Source: Promethearchaeia archaeon
GTDB taxonomy: Archaea > Asgardarchaeota > Lokiarchaeia > Sigyniarchaeales > SOKP01
Direction of reading: 5' to 3'
Assembly (NCBI GenBank): GCA_029856145.1
Contig: JAHQWK010000008.1
Location: 64,001 to 128,000 of the forward strand
DNA length: 64,000 nucleotides
This document shows positions 1-10,491 of this stretch, piece by piece (the first letter of the stretch is position 1; every line of letters begins with the position of its first letter). Both the position numbers and the translations under genes were made by a program. The notes under the pieces are model-generated. The model saw only the letters and a program-made list of their open reading frames with translations, was not told where the DNA came from and searched no databases.

Positions 1-178
1 AGACTGATTTCGGTGGAATCTTTGAATTCAAATAATCCAGAACAATATCCTTTGGATTTTCAATCTTCTCGAAAGCAACGTTTCCCTTTTTATTAATAGG
101 AGCAAAAAAGTTATACTCTCCTACAAACTCATTATATAATTTTCCAATTTGATCCTTTTTCAATATTTTTTGTTCCAT
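1..178 (-). CDS. FlxB/AsrA-like Fe-S subunit, 5' part (runs off the window)
   Basis: Manual translation from ATG at 178: MEQKILKKDQIGKLYNEFVGEYNFFAPINKKGNVAFEKIENPKDIVLDYLNSKIPPKS, the typical AsrA/HydB/FlxB N-terminus; AGGTGA SD upstream; follows the flxC-like gene. Confidence 0.65.
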   Translation of the reverse strand, partial: MEQKILKKDQIGKLYNEFVGEYNFFAPINKKGNVAFEKIENPKDIVLDYLNSKIPPKSV

Positions 179-194
179 TCTTTAATTCACCTTT

Positions 195-1205
195 TTAATC
201 TTCCTCCAACATAAACTCTTCTGCATCCTCCATTTTGAAATCCATCATTGGAGGAACGGTTTCCGCATTGAGTCCTGAAGTATAATCAAATCGTTCTTTC
301 ACGATTTTTTCCAATTTTCTTGTGATAATATTTAGGTCAATACCAACTGGACATACTGATGAACAAGCTCCACACGCTACACATCTACCCGCTAGATGTT
401 GTGCTCGAACTAAATGAAATACTAATATATCCCGGAACTCAGTAGTTTTACCAAACCATATAGGCTTATTTTGATCCACAAAACAAAGATTGCAATAACA
501 TGCTGGACAAGCTTGACGACAGCTGTAACATAGAGTACATACTTGTAAAGCATCTTTTATATATGTCCATTTCTCGTCAGCCGATTTTGATTCAAATTCA
601 GCAATATCTGAAAATTCATCATGAATTGAGTCTAATTCTTGGCATTCCCCAACACATGTCTCTTCAGTTGCAGAAGGAGATTTTATTTGACAAACTTTGC
701 ATAGTTCATTAATATATTGATCATAGGGAAATTTTTTCTCCCAATTTTTCCCTTTTACAATGATATCATCTCCAGATATAGAAACATCAAGAATCTCCTT
801 TTCGCCAATTTCCAGATCGATTTTACTTCTGTTGACAATTCCATTGCAATTAAACCCTATCATCTTTATTTTATCTAGATTCACTTGTTTCTCAGCAGCC
901 AAAAGGTTTACTGCCCTACCAACACAACCTTTCGCGACAATCCCAATTCTCAAAGAATTTCCTTCTGAATCACAAAGTTGAGGCATTAAAGGAGCTAAAT
1001 ATCTAGCCAAATTAATATAACATAAATTATTCCAGATTAATTTGTCTACATCTTCTTCTTTTCTAACAATAATTAGTGTAGAACTTAAAGGTATAGTGCC
1101 TTGAGAATAACCAATTACTATATCAACTTGATTTTCGCTAAGTAATTTTTTAGCATTTTCTCTTATTGAGTTTGTAATTTCCTTATTATCTGTTTCGATT
1201 ACCAT
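195..1205 (-). CDS. FlxC/FdhB-like 4Fe-4S protein of an Hdr-Flx complex
   Basis: CxxCxxCxxxCPxCYCxxC and GRCVACGACxxxCP motifs; directly downstream of mvhD; ATG at 1205 preferred to the ORF-track start at 1217. Confidence 0.8.
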   Translation of the reverse strand: MVIETDNKEITNSIRENAKKLLSENQVDIVIGYSQGTIPLSSTLIIVRKEEDVDKLIWNNLCYINLARYLAPLMPQLCDSEGNSLRIGIVAKGCVGRAVNLLAAEKQVNLDKIKMIGFNCNGIVNRSKIDLEIGEKEILDVSISGDDIIVKGKNWEKKFPYDQYINELCKVCQIKSPSATEETCVGECQELDSIHDEFSDIAEFESKSADEKWTYIKDALQVCTLCYSCRQACPACYCNLCFVDQNKPIWFGKTTEFRDILVFHLVRAQHLAGRCVACGACSSVCPVGIDLNIITRKLEKIVKERFDYTSGLNAETVPPMMDFKMEDAEEFMLEED

Positions 1206-1207
1206 TC

Positions 1208-1663
1208 TTAACACCACTCCTTTTGAAATTTAATATTTGGCCCTAATTCCTTAACAATCTTTGTAGCTTTCCTAATTAGCACAGCAAAACGTTCTCCTTC
1301 CGCAGCAGAGGCCCACATAAAATTAACCCTGCCTGGTTCAATCCCAAAAAATTCAAGAAGTTCCTTTAATATAGCAAATCGTCTCCTCGCTACGAGATTT
1401 CCACTTATATAGTGACAATCTCCTGGATGACATCCAGAAATAACGACACCATCCCAGCCATCTGTTAAACTTTTTATAATAAAATAGGGATTAACCCGTC
1501 CAGAACAAGGAACTCTTACGATTCTTATATTTGGAGGATATTGGATTCTACTAACTCCCGCTAAATCAGCTCCAGCATAAGAGCACCAATTACATAAAAA
1601 TGCAATTATTTTTGGTTCCCATTTCTTATCAACTTTCTTTTCTTCTAAAACAGTTTCTGTCAT
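1208..1663 (-). CDS. mvhD: MvhD/FlxD [2Fe-2S] subunit
   Basis: FLCNWCSYAGADLAG, PCSGRV and GCHPGDCHY signatures. Confidence 0.93.
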   Translation of the reverse strand: MTETVLEEKKVDKKWEPKIIAFLCNWCSYAGADLAGVSRIQYPPNIRIVRVPCSGRVNPYFIIKSLTDGWDGVVISGCHPGDCHYISGNLVARRRFAILKELLEFFGIEPGRVNFMWASAAEGERFAVLIRKATKIVKELGPNIKFQKEWC

Positions 1664-1667
1664 TTTT

Positions 1668-4600
1668 TTATAACCTAGCTGTTATCATTTGATATATTTG
1701 TTCACTTGTAAAGCCTAATATATCGATTGCACTACATCGACAATTCCCACTACAAGCTCCACATCCTTTACATAATACTTGATTAATTGATGCTACTAAT
1801 CCAAAACGTCTATCTTCAATTAACTCTATCGCATTATACGCACAATTATCTACACACATTCCACACCCTATACAACGAGACATATCAATTACTGCTGTTT
1901 TACCTTCCGCTTCAATTTCATCCTTTGAAAGAATTGTACATGCTCTTGAAACAGCAGCATTAGCTTGTGAAATTGAATCCTCAATAGTTTTTGGACAGTG
2001 AGCTAATCCCGCAACAAATACTCCTTCCGTAGCGAAGTCTACTGGACGAAGCTTGACATGGGCTTCTAAATAAAAATTATCATCATTTAAAGGTACTTTT
2101 AACATTTTAGCAAGTTCTTCATTTTCCTCGTGAGATGCTACAATTCCAGCACTTAATACTAATAAATCTGCGGGGATTGATAAGTTTCCCGCTTTTGCAG
2201 TCTTCACTTTTATATTTAATGAAGAATTCTCAGCAACAATTTCTGGAGGATTATCTTCATCATATCGAAGGAAAATGACTCCATCTTCTCTTGCTTTTCT
2301 ATAATATTTTTCTTTAAATCCATAAGTTCTAATATCTCGAAATAAAATAGTAACTTCCGTAGATGGATTTAATTTTTTAACTAGTAAAGCGTTTTTAATC
2401 GCTTCTGCGCAACACATTTTACTGCAATAAGGATGTTCATCGTTTCTTGAACCAACGCATTGAATCATAACAACTGATTTTTTATTCTTAATAACGCTAT
2501 CTGTGTTTAGCATTTCTTCAAACTTTGATTGAAGAACTACATTTTTATTTTGACCATAGAGAAACTCTTTTGGCTCATATTCTTTGGCTCCTGTAGCTAA
2601 AATAACGACTCCATGATCAAATTCTGCTCTTTCTTTTTTAGGACCGTGAATCACTGAAGTTTTAAAGTTCCCAATATATCCATCTAGACTTTCTATTTTA
2701 GCATTAGTATATACATGAACAAATTTATTAGACTTAACCTTTTCAATTAGGTTTTTTAAATAAGCTTGAACATCTCCTCCTTCAAGAGTATGATAAATAT
2801 GTATAGCAAAACCTCCTAATTCTGCTTCTTTTTCAACTAAATGAGTCTCAATTTCTTGACTTGCAATATTCAGAGCAGCAGTCATGCCGCTTATTCCACC
2901 ACCGATTACCATTGCCTTCTGTGTCACTCCTAACTTAATTCTGTCTATTGGTGCTATTCGCCTTGCTTTATTGACTGCCATTCTCACGAGATCTTTTGCT
3001 TTTTGCGTAGCCTCTTCTGGTTGGTTCATATGAACCCAAGAACACTGATCTCTGATATTAGCCATCTGAAATAGGTATCTATTCAATCCTGCTTCTCTAA
3101 TTGTTTCTTGGAATAAAGGTTCATGAGTTCTTGGTGTACACGATGCAACTATAACTCGATTAAGGTGATATTCTTCTATTTTTTCTTTTATTATCCCTTG
3201 AGTATCAGCAGAACATGTATATAAATTACGATCTGCCATAACAACATTTGGGAGAGTACTTGCATATCTAGTCACTTCTGGAACATCCACATATCCACCT
3301 ATATTAATTCCGCAATGACAAACAAATACACCAATTCTAGGAGGTTGTCCTGCCACGAAAATTTCTGGGGGTAATGTTTTTTCTGTAATTAATGTTCCTC
3401 TCTCTTCGTATAATATTTGATGGACACATCCAGCTGCGGCGCTTGCTTGAGTGACTGTTTCAGGGATATCTTTTGGTTGAGAAAAAGCACCACAAGCAAA
3501 GATACCGGGTCTTGAGGTTTGTACTGGATTAAAAACATCCGTTTTTGCAAATCCAAATTCGTTTAATTCAATTCCAAATTTCTCAGCAAGATATTTTGCA
3601 TCATCTGGTGGATTTAATCCAACACCTAAAACCACCATATTATAATCTTCTTCAATCACTTTCCCATCCTCAGTTTCATAACGGAGTCTTAAATCTTTTG
3701 TCTCAGAAACTTCTGTAATCGAAGAAATTCTGCTTCTAATATACCGGATACCGTATTCTTTTTGAGCTCTAATAATATATTTATCAAAATCTTTTCCATA
3801 AGCTCTTATATCCATACTGAAAATGGTAGGTTTTACTTCATGTTGGTGTTCATGAGCAATCACAGCTTCTTTTGCTGTATACATGCAACACACAGAAGAA
3901 CAATAAGGCTGCCCTTCTCCTGTATAATCCCGAGATCCTATACATTGAAGGAAAGCAACTTTTTCTGGAATATCACCATCGGAGGGTCTGAGAACTCTTC
4001 CAGCATAAGGGCCACTTGCACTTAATATACGTTCAAACTCTATACTCGTGACCACATTCTTATATTTCCCATAACCATATTTATTAGCTGCTTGAGGGAC
4101 AAATTCATCAAATCCCGGCGCAAGAACTATTGACCCTACATTAATATCTACTTCTTCATCTTCTCGTTCATATTCTACTGCTTTTGCTTTACAAACTCCA
4201 GCACACACTCCACAACCAATACAAAAATCCTTATTAATTGCATATACGAGTGGAACAGCTTGAGGATATTTTACAAATGTAGCAGCATATTTAGCTATAC
4301 CCTCATTAAAAATATCAATCGCTTCCACAGGACAATTTCTGCCACAAACCCCACATCCAGTACATATATCTGGATTGATATATAAAGATTTTTTTTTAAC
4401 TTTAACTGTAAAATTTCCTGCTTCTCCTGAAACATCTAAAATTTCACAATTAATACTTAAATCAATATTTTGATGACGTCCAGTTTCAACTAATTTTGGG
4501 CTTACTATACACATTGCACAGTCATTAGTAGGAAATGTTTTGTCTAATTGAGCCATTACACCGCCTATACTTGTTGTGGACTCAATTAAATAAACTCTAT

Positions 4601-4682
4601 AACCAGAATCTCCTAAATCTAGTGCTGTTTGGGAGCCCCCTATTCCAGCACCTACAACCATTACAGCTCCAACTTTTTCCAT
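1668..4682 (-). CDS. hdrA: Heterodisulfide reductase subunit A, large double-FAD-domain form (1004 aa)
   Basis: GAGIGG, MAQLDKTFPTNDC, CSSVCCMY, GVFVCHCGIN, CTPRTHEPLF, NIRDQCSWVH, second GGGISG and C-terminal ferredoxin. Confidence 0.93.
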   Translation of the reverse strand: MEKVGAVMVVGAGIGGSQTALDLGDSGYRVYLIESTTSIGGVMAQLDKTFPTNDCAMCIVSPKLVETGRHQNIDLSINCEILDVSGEAGNFTVKVKKKSLYINPDICTGCGVCGRNCPVEAIDIFNEGIAKYAATFVKYPQAVPLVYAINKDFCIGCGVCAGVCKAKAVEYEREDEEVDINVGSIVLAPGFDEFVPQAANKYGYGKYKNVVTSIEFERILSASGPYAGRVLRPSDGDIPEKVAFLQCIGSRDYTGEGQPYCSSVCCMYTAKEAVIAHEHQHEVKPTIFSMDIRAYGKDFDKYIIRAQKEYGIRYIRSRISSITEVSETKDLRLRYETEDGKVIEEDYNMVVLGVGLNPPDDAKYLAEKFGIELNEFGFAKTDVFNPVQTSRPGIFACGAFSQPKDIPETVTQASAAAGCVHQILYEERGTLITEKTLPPEIFVAGQPPRIGVFVCHCGINIGGYVDVPEVTRYASTLPNVVMADRNLYTCSADTQGIIKEKIEEYHLNRVIVASCTPRTHEPLFQETIREAGLNRYLFQMANIRDQCSWVHMNQPEEATQKAKDLVRMAVNKARRIAPIDRIKLGVTQKAMVIGGGISGMTAALNIASQEIETHLVEKEAELGGFAIHIYHTLEGGDVQAYLKNLIEKVKSNKFVHVYTNAKIESLDGYIGNFKTSVIHGPKKERAEFDHGVVILATGAKEYEPKEFLYGQNKNVVLQSKFEEMLNTDSVIKNKKSVVMIQCVGSRNDEHPYCSKMCCAEAIKNALLVKKLNPSTEVTILFRDIRTYGFKEKYYRKAREDGVIFLRYDEDNPPEIVAENSSLNIKVKTAKAGNLSIPADLLVLSAGIVASHEENEELAKMLKVPLNDDNFYLEAHVKLRPVDFATEGVFVAGLAHCPKTIEDSISQANAAVSRACTILSKDEIEAEGKTAVIDMSRCIGCGMCVDNCAYNAIELIEDRRFGLVASINQVLCKGCGACSGNCRCSAIDILGFTSEQIYQMITARL

Positions 4683-4695
4683 TTTTTTATCTCCT

Positions 4696-5457
4696 CTATA
4701 ATTTGTGAAACGTTGGTGTAATTCCTAATAATTCTCCGAAATCAACTTGACCTCGACTTTTTAAAGTTACCATATGTTCTAATACAATACTTGAATCTAT
4801 TTTTAATTCTTTTGCTAAGTCTTTTACAGACTTAGACTCTTTTTCCAATAATCCTAAAATTCTATGCCGATTATATTCATCTTTGATTGCTAGATCAAAA
4901 ATTTCATTAAATTTATCAAGTGATACAGTTTCTCCATACACATTTTCTTGTTCTGTAATTTTTCTTTCTCTTCCAACAAGTGCCCTCATTCGATCGCCTC
5001 CCGCAGCTTCTTCAATAGCTTTTAATTTCTCAAGAGTTTCATCATCTGGATTATCTTTTCCCGCAGGAGATGGCCCAAGTGTTTTAATATGATCTGTAAA
5101 TTCTGTTATCATTGAAGCATATCTGGCACCTTCTGAGGCAGACACCCAATCCAATCTTACTCTATCGTCAAAATCAATAAGTTTAAGGAATCTTTTTACC
5201 ATATCAAATTTCTTCTCTGCCTCGTAATTTCCTTCAAGATAATGACAGTCTCCTAAATGGCATCCTAAAACAATTACACCATCAGCCCCAACTCGGAGCG
5301 CTTCAAAAATAAATTTTGGGTCTACTCGACCACTACACATAACCCTTATTACTCTAATATTTGGGGGGTATTGCATTCTGCTAACTCCAGCTAAATCTGC
5401 TCCCGCATAAGAACACCAATTACATAAAAATCCTAAAATTTTCGGTTCAAAACTCAT
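4696..5457 (-). CDS. mvhD: MvhD-domain protein with C-terminal extension ending in a winged HTH
   Basis: CNWCSYAGADLAG/CSGRV/GCHLGDCHY; C-terminus SVKDLAKELKIDSSIVLEHMVTLKSRGQV; start MSFEPK at 5457 just after the upstream stop. Confidence 0.85.
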   Translation of the reverse strand: MSFEPKILGFLCNWCSYAGADLAGVSRMQYPPNIRVIRVMCSGRVDPKFIFEALRVGADGVIVLGCHLGDCHYLEGNYEAEKKFDMVKRFLKLIDFDDRVRLDWVSASEGARYASMITEFTDHIKTLGPSPAGKDNPDDETLEKLKAIEEAAGGDRMRALVGRERKITEQENVYGETVSLDKFNEIFDLAIKDEYNRHRILGLLEKESKSVKDLAKELKIDSSIVLEHMVTLKSRGQVDFGELLGITPTFHKL

Positions 5458-5461
5458 GATA

Positions 5462-7144
5462 TTAAATACCTCCAAATGCATATATTTCAGATAAAATTTG
5501 CTCATCTGTAAAATGCCTTATTATTATAGCATGACTAGTACAAGTTGCTCCACAAACCCCGCAACCCTTACAAAGTACTTGAGTTATTTCAATCTCGTCA
5601 TTCTCATTCTTGCTTATGGCTTTATATGGACAAACCGTTATACAGATTTCACATCCTGTACATAGACTTTTATTATATTCAGGTAGAAACGATGTGGCAC
5701 CCTCTACTTCTATAGTATCATGAGAAATAATTGTACTTGCCCTTGCAGATGCAGCATAACCTTGAGTTATGGATTCTGTAATATCTACAGGCCATTTTGC
5801 TGCTCCACATATGAAAATCCCATCTGTTGCGAAATCCATAGGGCGTAGTTTTACGTGAGCTTCTAAAAAGAATTTATTTTCTTCTAATGGAACTTTTAGC
5901 ATTTGAGCTAATTCCTTATTGTCATCATTTGCGATTAAAGGTGTTGATAAAACAAGGAGATCGTAGGAAATACTTATCTCTTCTCCAATATATTCATTAA
6001 ATACTTTTATTGTATTCTCTTCTACAATAGGCTCTTTCTCGAGCTTATAACTCATAAAAACAATTCCTGCTTCTCTTGCTCTTCTATAATATTCTTCATA
6101 ATAAGTTCCAGGAGTATACAAATCTCTAAATAATATTGTTATATTTGCTTCAGGATTTTTCTCTTTAATGATTAAGGCGTTTTTCAAAGCAGTCATACAA
6201 CATACATTCGAGCAGTAAACTCTCTCATCATTACGAGCGCCTACACATTGTATCATTACAATGTCTTTAGCATTTACTTCATTATTTCTTAATTTATCTT
6301 CTAATTCATATTGAGTAATTCTAATATTACCATCATAACCAAATTTTCCAGTTGGGGTTAATAAAGAAGCTCCAACAGCAACGACAATAACACCTATAGT
6401 TAAGTCGATATTTTTATCTTTTTGATCAACCTCAATCTCAAAATTACCTACAAAACCTTCAATATTCTTTACTTTTGCTGAAGTATAAACAGTTAAATTA
6501 GGATTGCTCTCAACTCTTTTCTTCAAACTTGCTAAAAGTTCAGAGGCATCTTGGCTTGTAGGGAATAATTTATTAATAATATTAAGTTTTCCACCTAATT
6601 CATTTGCTTTTTCTACTAAATGAGTTTCAAATCCTTGATTCGCTAAGCTAAGAGCAGCAGTCATCCCGGCGACACCTCCACCTATAACCATTGCGGTAGG
6701 AGTTGCATCAACTACTATATTTTCGAGCGCTTCAAGTTTAGCAGCTTTTGCCACACCCATTCGAATAACCTCTTTCGCTTTTTCAAGAGCTTCTTTAGGG
6801 TGTTTCATATGAACCCAAGTACATTGGTCACGAATATTTACAAATTGAAAAAGATACTCGTTAAGCCCCTCAGCTTTGACACAATCACGAAAAAGAGGCT
6901 CGTGGGTTCTTGGAGTGCATGAAGCAACAACTACACGATTTAGATTATGCTCTTTAATTCCATTTTTAATCTGTGTTAATCCTGTTTCTGAACAAGTATA
7001 CAAATTATCTTCAGTAAACACAACATTGGGTAAATTTTTAGCATATTCTGCTACTTCTTTAACATCTATAAGGCCTCCTATATTTGAGCCACAGGAACAA
7101 ACAAAAACTCCAATACGGACATCTTCCTCTATTTTTTCAGACAT
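5462..7144 (-). CDS. hdrA: HdrA-like protein corresponding to the C-terminal half of the large HdrA
   Basis: RIGVFVCSCGSNI, CTPRTHEPLF, GGGVAG, CSNVCCM, EAHVKLRP. Confidence 0.9.
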   Translation of the reverse strand: MSEKIEEDVRIGVFVCSCGSNIGGLIDVKEVAEYAKNLPNVVFTEDNLYTCSETGLTQIKNGIKEHNLNRVVVASCTPRTHEPLFRDCVKAEGLNEYLFQFVNIRDQCTWVHMKHPKEALEKAKEVIRMGVAKAAKLEALENIVVDATPTAMVIGGGVAGMTAALSLANQGFETHLVEKANELGGKLNIINKLFPTSQDASELLASLKKRVESNPNLTVYTSAKVKNIEGFVGNFEIEVDQKDKNIDLTIGVIVVAVGASLLTPTGKFGYDGNIRITQYELEDKLRNNEVNAKDIVMIQCVGARNDERVYCSNVCCMTALKNALIIKEKNPEANITILFRDLYTPGTYYEEYYRRAREAGIVFMSYKLEKEPIVEENTIKVFNEYIGEEISISYDLLVLSTPLIANDDNKELAQMLKVPLEENKFFLEAHVKLRPMDFATDGIFICGAAKWPVDITESITQGYAASARASTIISHDTIEVEGATSFLPEYNKSLCTGCEICITVCPYKAISKNENDEIEITQVLCKGCGVCGATCTSHAIIIRHFTDEQILSEIYAFGGI

Positions 7145-7151
7145 ATTATTT

Positions 7152-8456
7152 TTATCCTCCTTTAATTACTTCCGCTGCTTTTGCTGCTGCCCCACTTGCC
7201 TCAGCAACAGAACGAGGTATATCCATTGGTTCACGAGCACAACCACATGTGAAAATACCTTCTACACTCGTTTCTACCGGAAAAAATGGATCAGTTTTTA
7301 TAAAATTATATTTATTTAATTCAATTCCTAACACATCTGCTAATTTATCAATCCCCTCTGATGGGATAATACACGTTGCTAAAACAGCTAAATCTACTTT
7401 AATCTGTTTTATTTCTGATGTATCAAGATCTTCATAAGTGATAATAGGACTTTCATCCTCATCTATATCAATATGTGAAACTTTACTTTTAATATATTTA
7501 ATATTATATTCATCCTCTCCTCTATGGAGAAAAGATTGAAATCCTTTCCCTCCCGCTCTCATATCAATATAAAAAGCATATGATTCTAAATCATTATTAT
7601 GTTCATATGCTATCATTGCTGCTTTTGTACAATACATGCAACATATAGAAGAACAGTACTTTTGATCTCTATCTGAACGTGAACCTATGCATTGTAGAAA
7701 AGCAATTTTTTTAGGGTCCTCCCCATCAGATAACCTTCTCAAATGCCCATCAAGTGGACCAGAAGCACAAATTAACCGTTCAAATTCTAAGGAAGTCACT
7801 ACATTTCTATATTTCTTATAACCATATTTTGTTAGAGGATTGACATCTTCCATCAAACCATATCCTGGTGCAACAATTATACAACCAACATTTTCAAATT
7901 CTAAAATTTCATCTTTTTGTGTAAGATCAATTGCTTCTGCACCGCAATTCGTAGCACATAGCCCACAAATTCCATAATTTAGATATACACATGAATTTTT
8001 ATCAACAATATAAACAGGAGGAACTGCTGCAGGGAAGGGGATATATACAGCTGCCATATTTTTCAAATTAGCATCAAAATAATTTGGAACGCCTCGTACA
8101 GGGCAAATTGTAGCACAATCTCCACAATTTGTACAAACATCCTCCTTTACATAACGGGCACGTTTAAGAACTTCTACTGTGAAATCCCCACTTATACCCT
8201 CTATCTTTTGTACTTCTGAAAGAGTATAAAGACTAATATTTGGATGCCTATAACATTCTGATAATTTTGGTGCCAAAATACAAATTGAACAGTCTAAGGT
8301 GGGAAATGTCTTATCTAATTGTGCCATTTTTCCTCCAATAACAGGACTTTTTTCTATTAAATGGACTTTTATTCCCATATCTCCCAAATCCAAAGCTGCT
8401 TGAATACCTGCAATACCTGCTCCAATAATAAGAGCACTTTTAGAATTATCTACCAT
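7152..8456 (-). CDS. hdrA: HdrA-like protein corresponding to the N-terminal half of the large HdrA
   Basis: GAGIAG, MAQLDKTFPTLDCSICI, inserted ferredoxin, CSSICCMY, PMDIPRSV. Confidence 0.9.
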   Translation of the reverse strand: MVDNSKSALIIGAGIAGIQAALDLGDMGIKVHLIEKSPVIGGKMAQLDKTFPTLDCSICILAPKLSECYRHPNISLYTLSEVQKIEGISGDFTVEVLKRARYVKEDVCTNCGDCATICPVRGVPNYFDANLKNMAAVYIPFPAAVPPVYIVDKNSCVYLNYGICGLCATNCGAEAIDLTQKDEILEFENVGCIIVAPGYGLMEDVNPLTKYGYKKYRNVVTSLEFERLICASGPLDGHLRRLSDGEDPKKIAFLQCIGSRSDRDQKYCSSICCMYCTKAAMIAYEHNNDLESYAFYIDMRAGGKGFQSFLHRGEDEYNIKYIKSKVSHIDIDEDESPIITYEDLDTSEIKQIKVDLAVLATCIIPSEGIDKLADVLGIELNKYNFIKTDPFFPVETSVEGIFTCGCAREPMDIPRSVAEASGAAAKAAEVIKGG

Positions 8457-8473
8457 TCAAACCACTATTTTAT

Positions 8474-9568
8474 TTATTTCTTCACTTTTAGTGAAGTCAT
8501 TTTTTTTAACCAATTAATTTTTTTAGGTTGCCATTCGGAAATCTGATCTGCTGGAATAATATATCTTTCAATATACCCTGTTGCGAGTAAAGAATCTATT
8601 AAACTATGCCCCTTTTCATTTCGAGTAAGAATCATTGAATAACCAGTAGGAGCTCCAGATGCTCCAATACTAAGATCTGAAAATCTACCTACAAATTCAT
8701 CACATTCGTGGCAATGATTTCTAACTGCTTCATCAAGATCTTTAATACTAACTTCTTTTACCGTGTCCTCTTTTGACGTGACAAAGAAATTCTTCTTAAT
8801 ATTTGTTTTCTTAATATTTGAAGGGTTTATTTGTGTTTTAGACTTTAAAATTTCTATCAATTTATTATAATCAAAATTTTCAAAACAAAATAGGCCAATT
8901 ATTACACTTATAACATGGGCAGGTTTAATATGTAAAAGTTTCATCTTACTAATTGCCCTACATTGGCACGGGGTCCCAACAAATGCAATACGTAATTGAT
9001 CGCTATCATAAATTCTTTTCTTGTGAGAAATTATTTCTTCTGCAACTTGAGTTAAATCTTTTAAAGGCAAGATATTGGATGATATTGAATACCGTGTACC
9101 TGCGGATTTTGCTAATTCATCTTTACTATATATTATTTTAGGTATTGGTTTAAAATTATCGTCATATTCAGATACAATTGCCGCGTCTATATTATTAGTA
9201 TCAAACAAATACGTTAAAATAGTCGAGACAATACCCCCATCTTGTCCAACTTCTTGTATTTTTGCATTTGTTGTTTTCGCAGCAAAAATATCAATAATAT
9301 TCCCAAGTTCATCTTTAACGAGATGAGCTTCTTTTAATCTGTCTAATAAGGGTTCAGTTTGAGGACAAATATAATAACAATATCCACATTCTTTACAATT
9401 CTCAACACTTTTATCGGATTTAAACTTTGGAGTATAATTATCCATCTCGATAACATTAAATGCTTGATTTTCACAATATGCAATACAAGCGCCGCAAGCA
9501 CAACATCTATTAACTGAGATTACATCTTTCTGTAGATTTTCAAATGTTTTTATATCTGCTAATCCCAT
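8474..9568 (-). CDS. FrhB/FdhB-family F420-binding subunit with N-terminal ferredoxin
   Basis: QDGGIVS, AGTRYS, FVGTPCQ, IGLFCFENF and DLSIGASG motifs; two CxxCxxCxxxC motifs. Confidence 0.88.
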   Translation of the reverse strand: MGLADIKTFENLQKDVISVNRCCACGACIAYCENQAFNVIEMDNYTPKFKSDKSVENCKECGYCYYICPQTEPLLDRLKEAHLVKDELGNIIDIFAAKTTNAKIQEVGQDGGIVSTILTYLFDTNNIDAAIVSEYDDNFKPIPKIIYSKDELAKSAGTRYSISSNILPLKDLTQVAEEIISHKKRIYDSDQLRIAFVGTPCQCRAISKMKLLHIKPAHVISVIIGLFCFENFDYNKLIEILKSKTQINPSNIKKTNIKKNFFVTSKEDTVKEVSIKDLDEAVRNHCHECDEFVGRFSDLSIGASGAPTGYSMILTRNEKGHSLIDSLLATGYIERYIIPADQISEWQPKKINWLKKMTSLKVKK

Positions 9569-9624
9569 TTTTTACCAAATCTTTTTTTTAAGTTTAATAA
9601 TTAATTGTATATTTTATTGAAATT

Positions 9625-10488
9625 TTAAAATCCTTCTAATAATTTTGTAGCTCGAACTCGATGAAAATTCAATCCTAATTCTTCAGGTTTAAACCCAAAT
9701 GCGAGTGCTATTAATTCTGAGAGATAAAAAACTGGGAAATTATAACCATTTTCTTTTCCTTTACTCAGTTCTCGTTGATTGAAATCAAATTGTTGAAAGC
9801 ATGCAGGGCATACTAAGGTAATACAATTCGCTCCAGATTCTTGAATTGATTTGAATTTATTATCAATCATTTGAAGAGAAATTTCTTTATCTGATTTATC
9901 AAGAGGATTTCCACAACATTCCATCTTCAACTCATACTCTATAGAGTCTGCTCCTATTGCTTTAACTATTTCATCAATAGTTACTGGATTAAAAGGATCA
10001 TCCCAATTAATAATCTCAGAAGGTCTTAAATAATGACATCCATAATGAACCGCTACTTTAAATCCATTTAAAGGATGAACCACATTCTCTCTCACTTTAT
10101 CAAGATTTTCATAAAGAACCTGAGCAAAATGTTTTACTTCTGTGTTTCCGTCATATTTTTTTCCTACTTTTTTTAAAACTTTATTTACTTCATCCTTTAC
10201 ATCTGGATCTTTTCTAATAAAATGATTCACTCCTTTTAGTGTTTCGACACAACCAGAACAAAAAGATATAATTCCACCATTATCATTTGATAAGCTTAAA
10301 TTTCTTGCTCCTAAAGCTAACCAAGTTTTATGATCTATAAGCTCTATTCCTGTAGGATCAGGACAACAACTAAATCCATCAACATCATTCAATTTAATAT
10401 CAAGCTTTTCAAATACCTTTCTTGATGATGCTTCTAAGAACGGAAGCCTAGCTGGGATTACACACCCTAAAAATAAATCATAAGACAT
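9625..10488 (-). CDS. hdrB: Heterodisulfide reductase subunit B
   Basis: CCG-domain motifs FLGC, SCCP, HYGCHYLRP, ECCG and CPACFQQFD. Confidence 0.93.
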   Translation of the reverse strand: MSYDLFLGCVIPARLPFLEASSRKVFEKLDIKLNDVDGFSCCPDPTGIELIDHKTWLALGARNLSLSNDNGGIISFCSGCVETLKGVNHFIRKDPDVKDEVNKVLKKVGKKYDGNTEVKHFAQVLYENLDKVRENVVHPLNGFKVAVHYGCHYLRPSEIINWDDPFNPVTIDEIVKAIGADSIEYELKMECCGNPLDKSDKEISLQMIDNKFKSIQESGANCITLVCPACFQQFDFNQRELSKGKENGYNFPVFYLSELIALAFGFKPEELGLNFHRVRATKLLEGF

Positions 10489-10491
10489 ACT

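Noticed and set aside
1208-8456. Selenocysteine recoding in HdrA/MvhD, or the hairpin as a SECIS
   Set aside because: All these ORFs are uninterrupted with Cys at the motif positions, and the hairpins follow genes without in-frame TGA.
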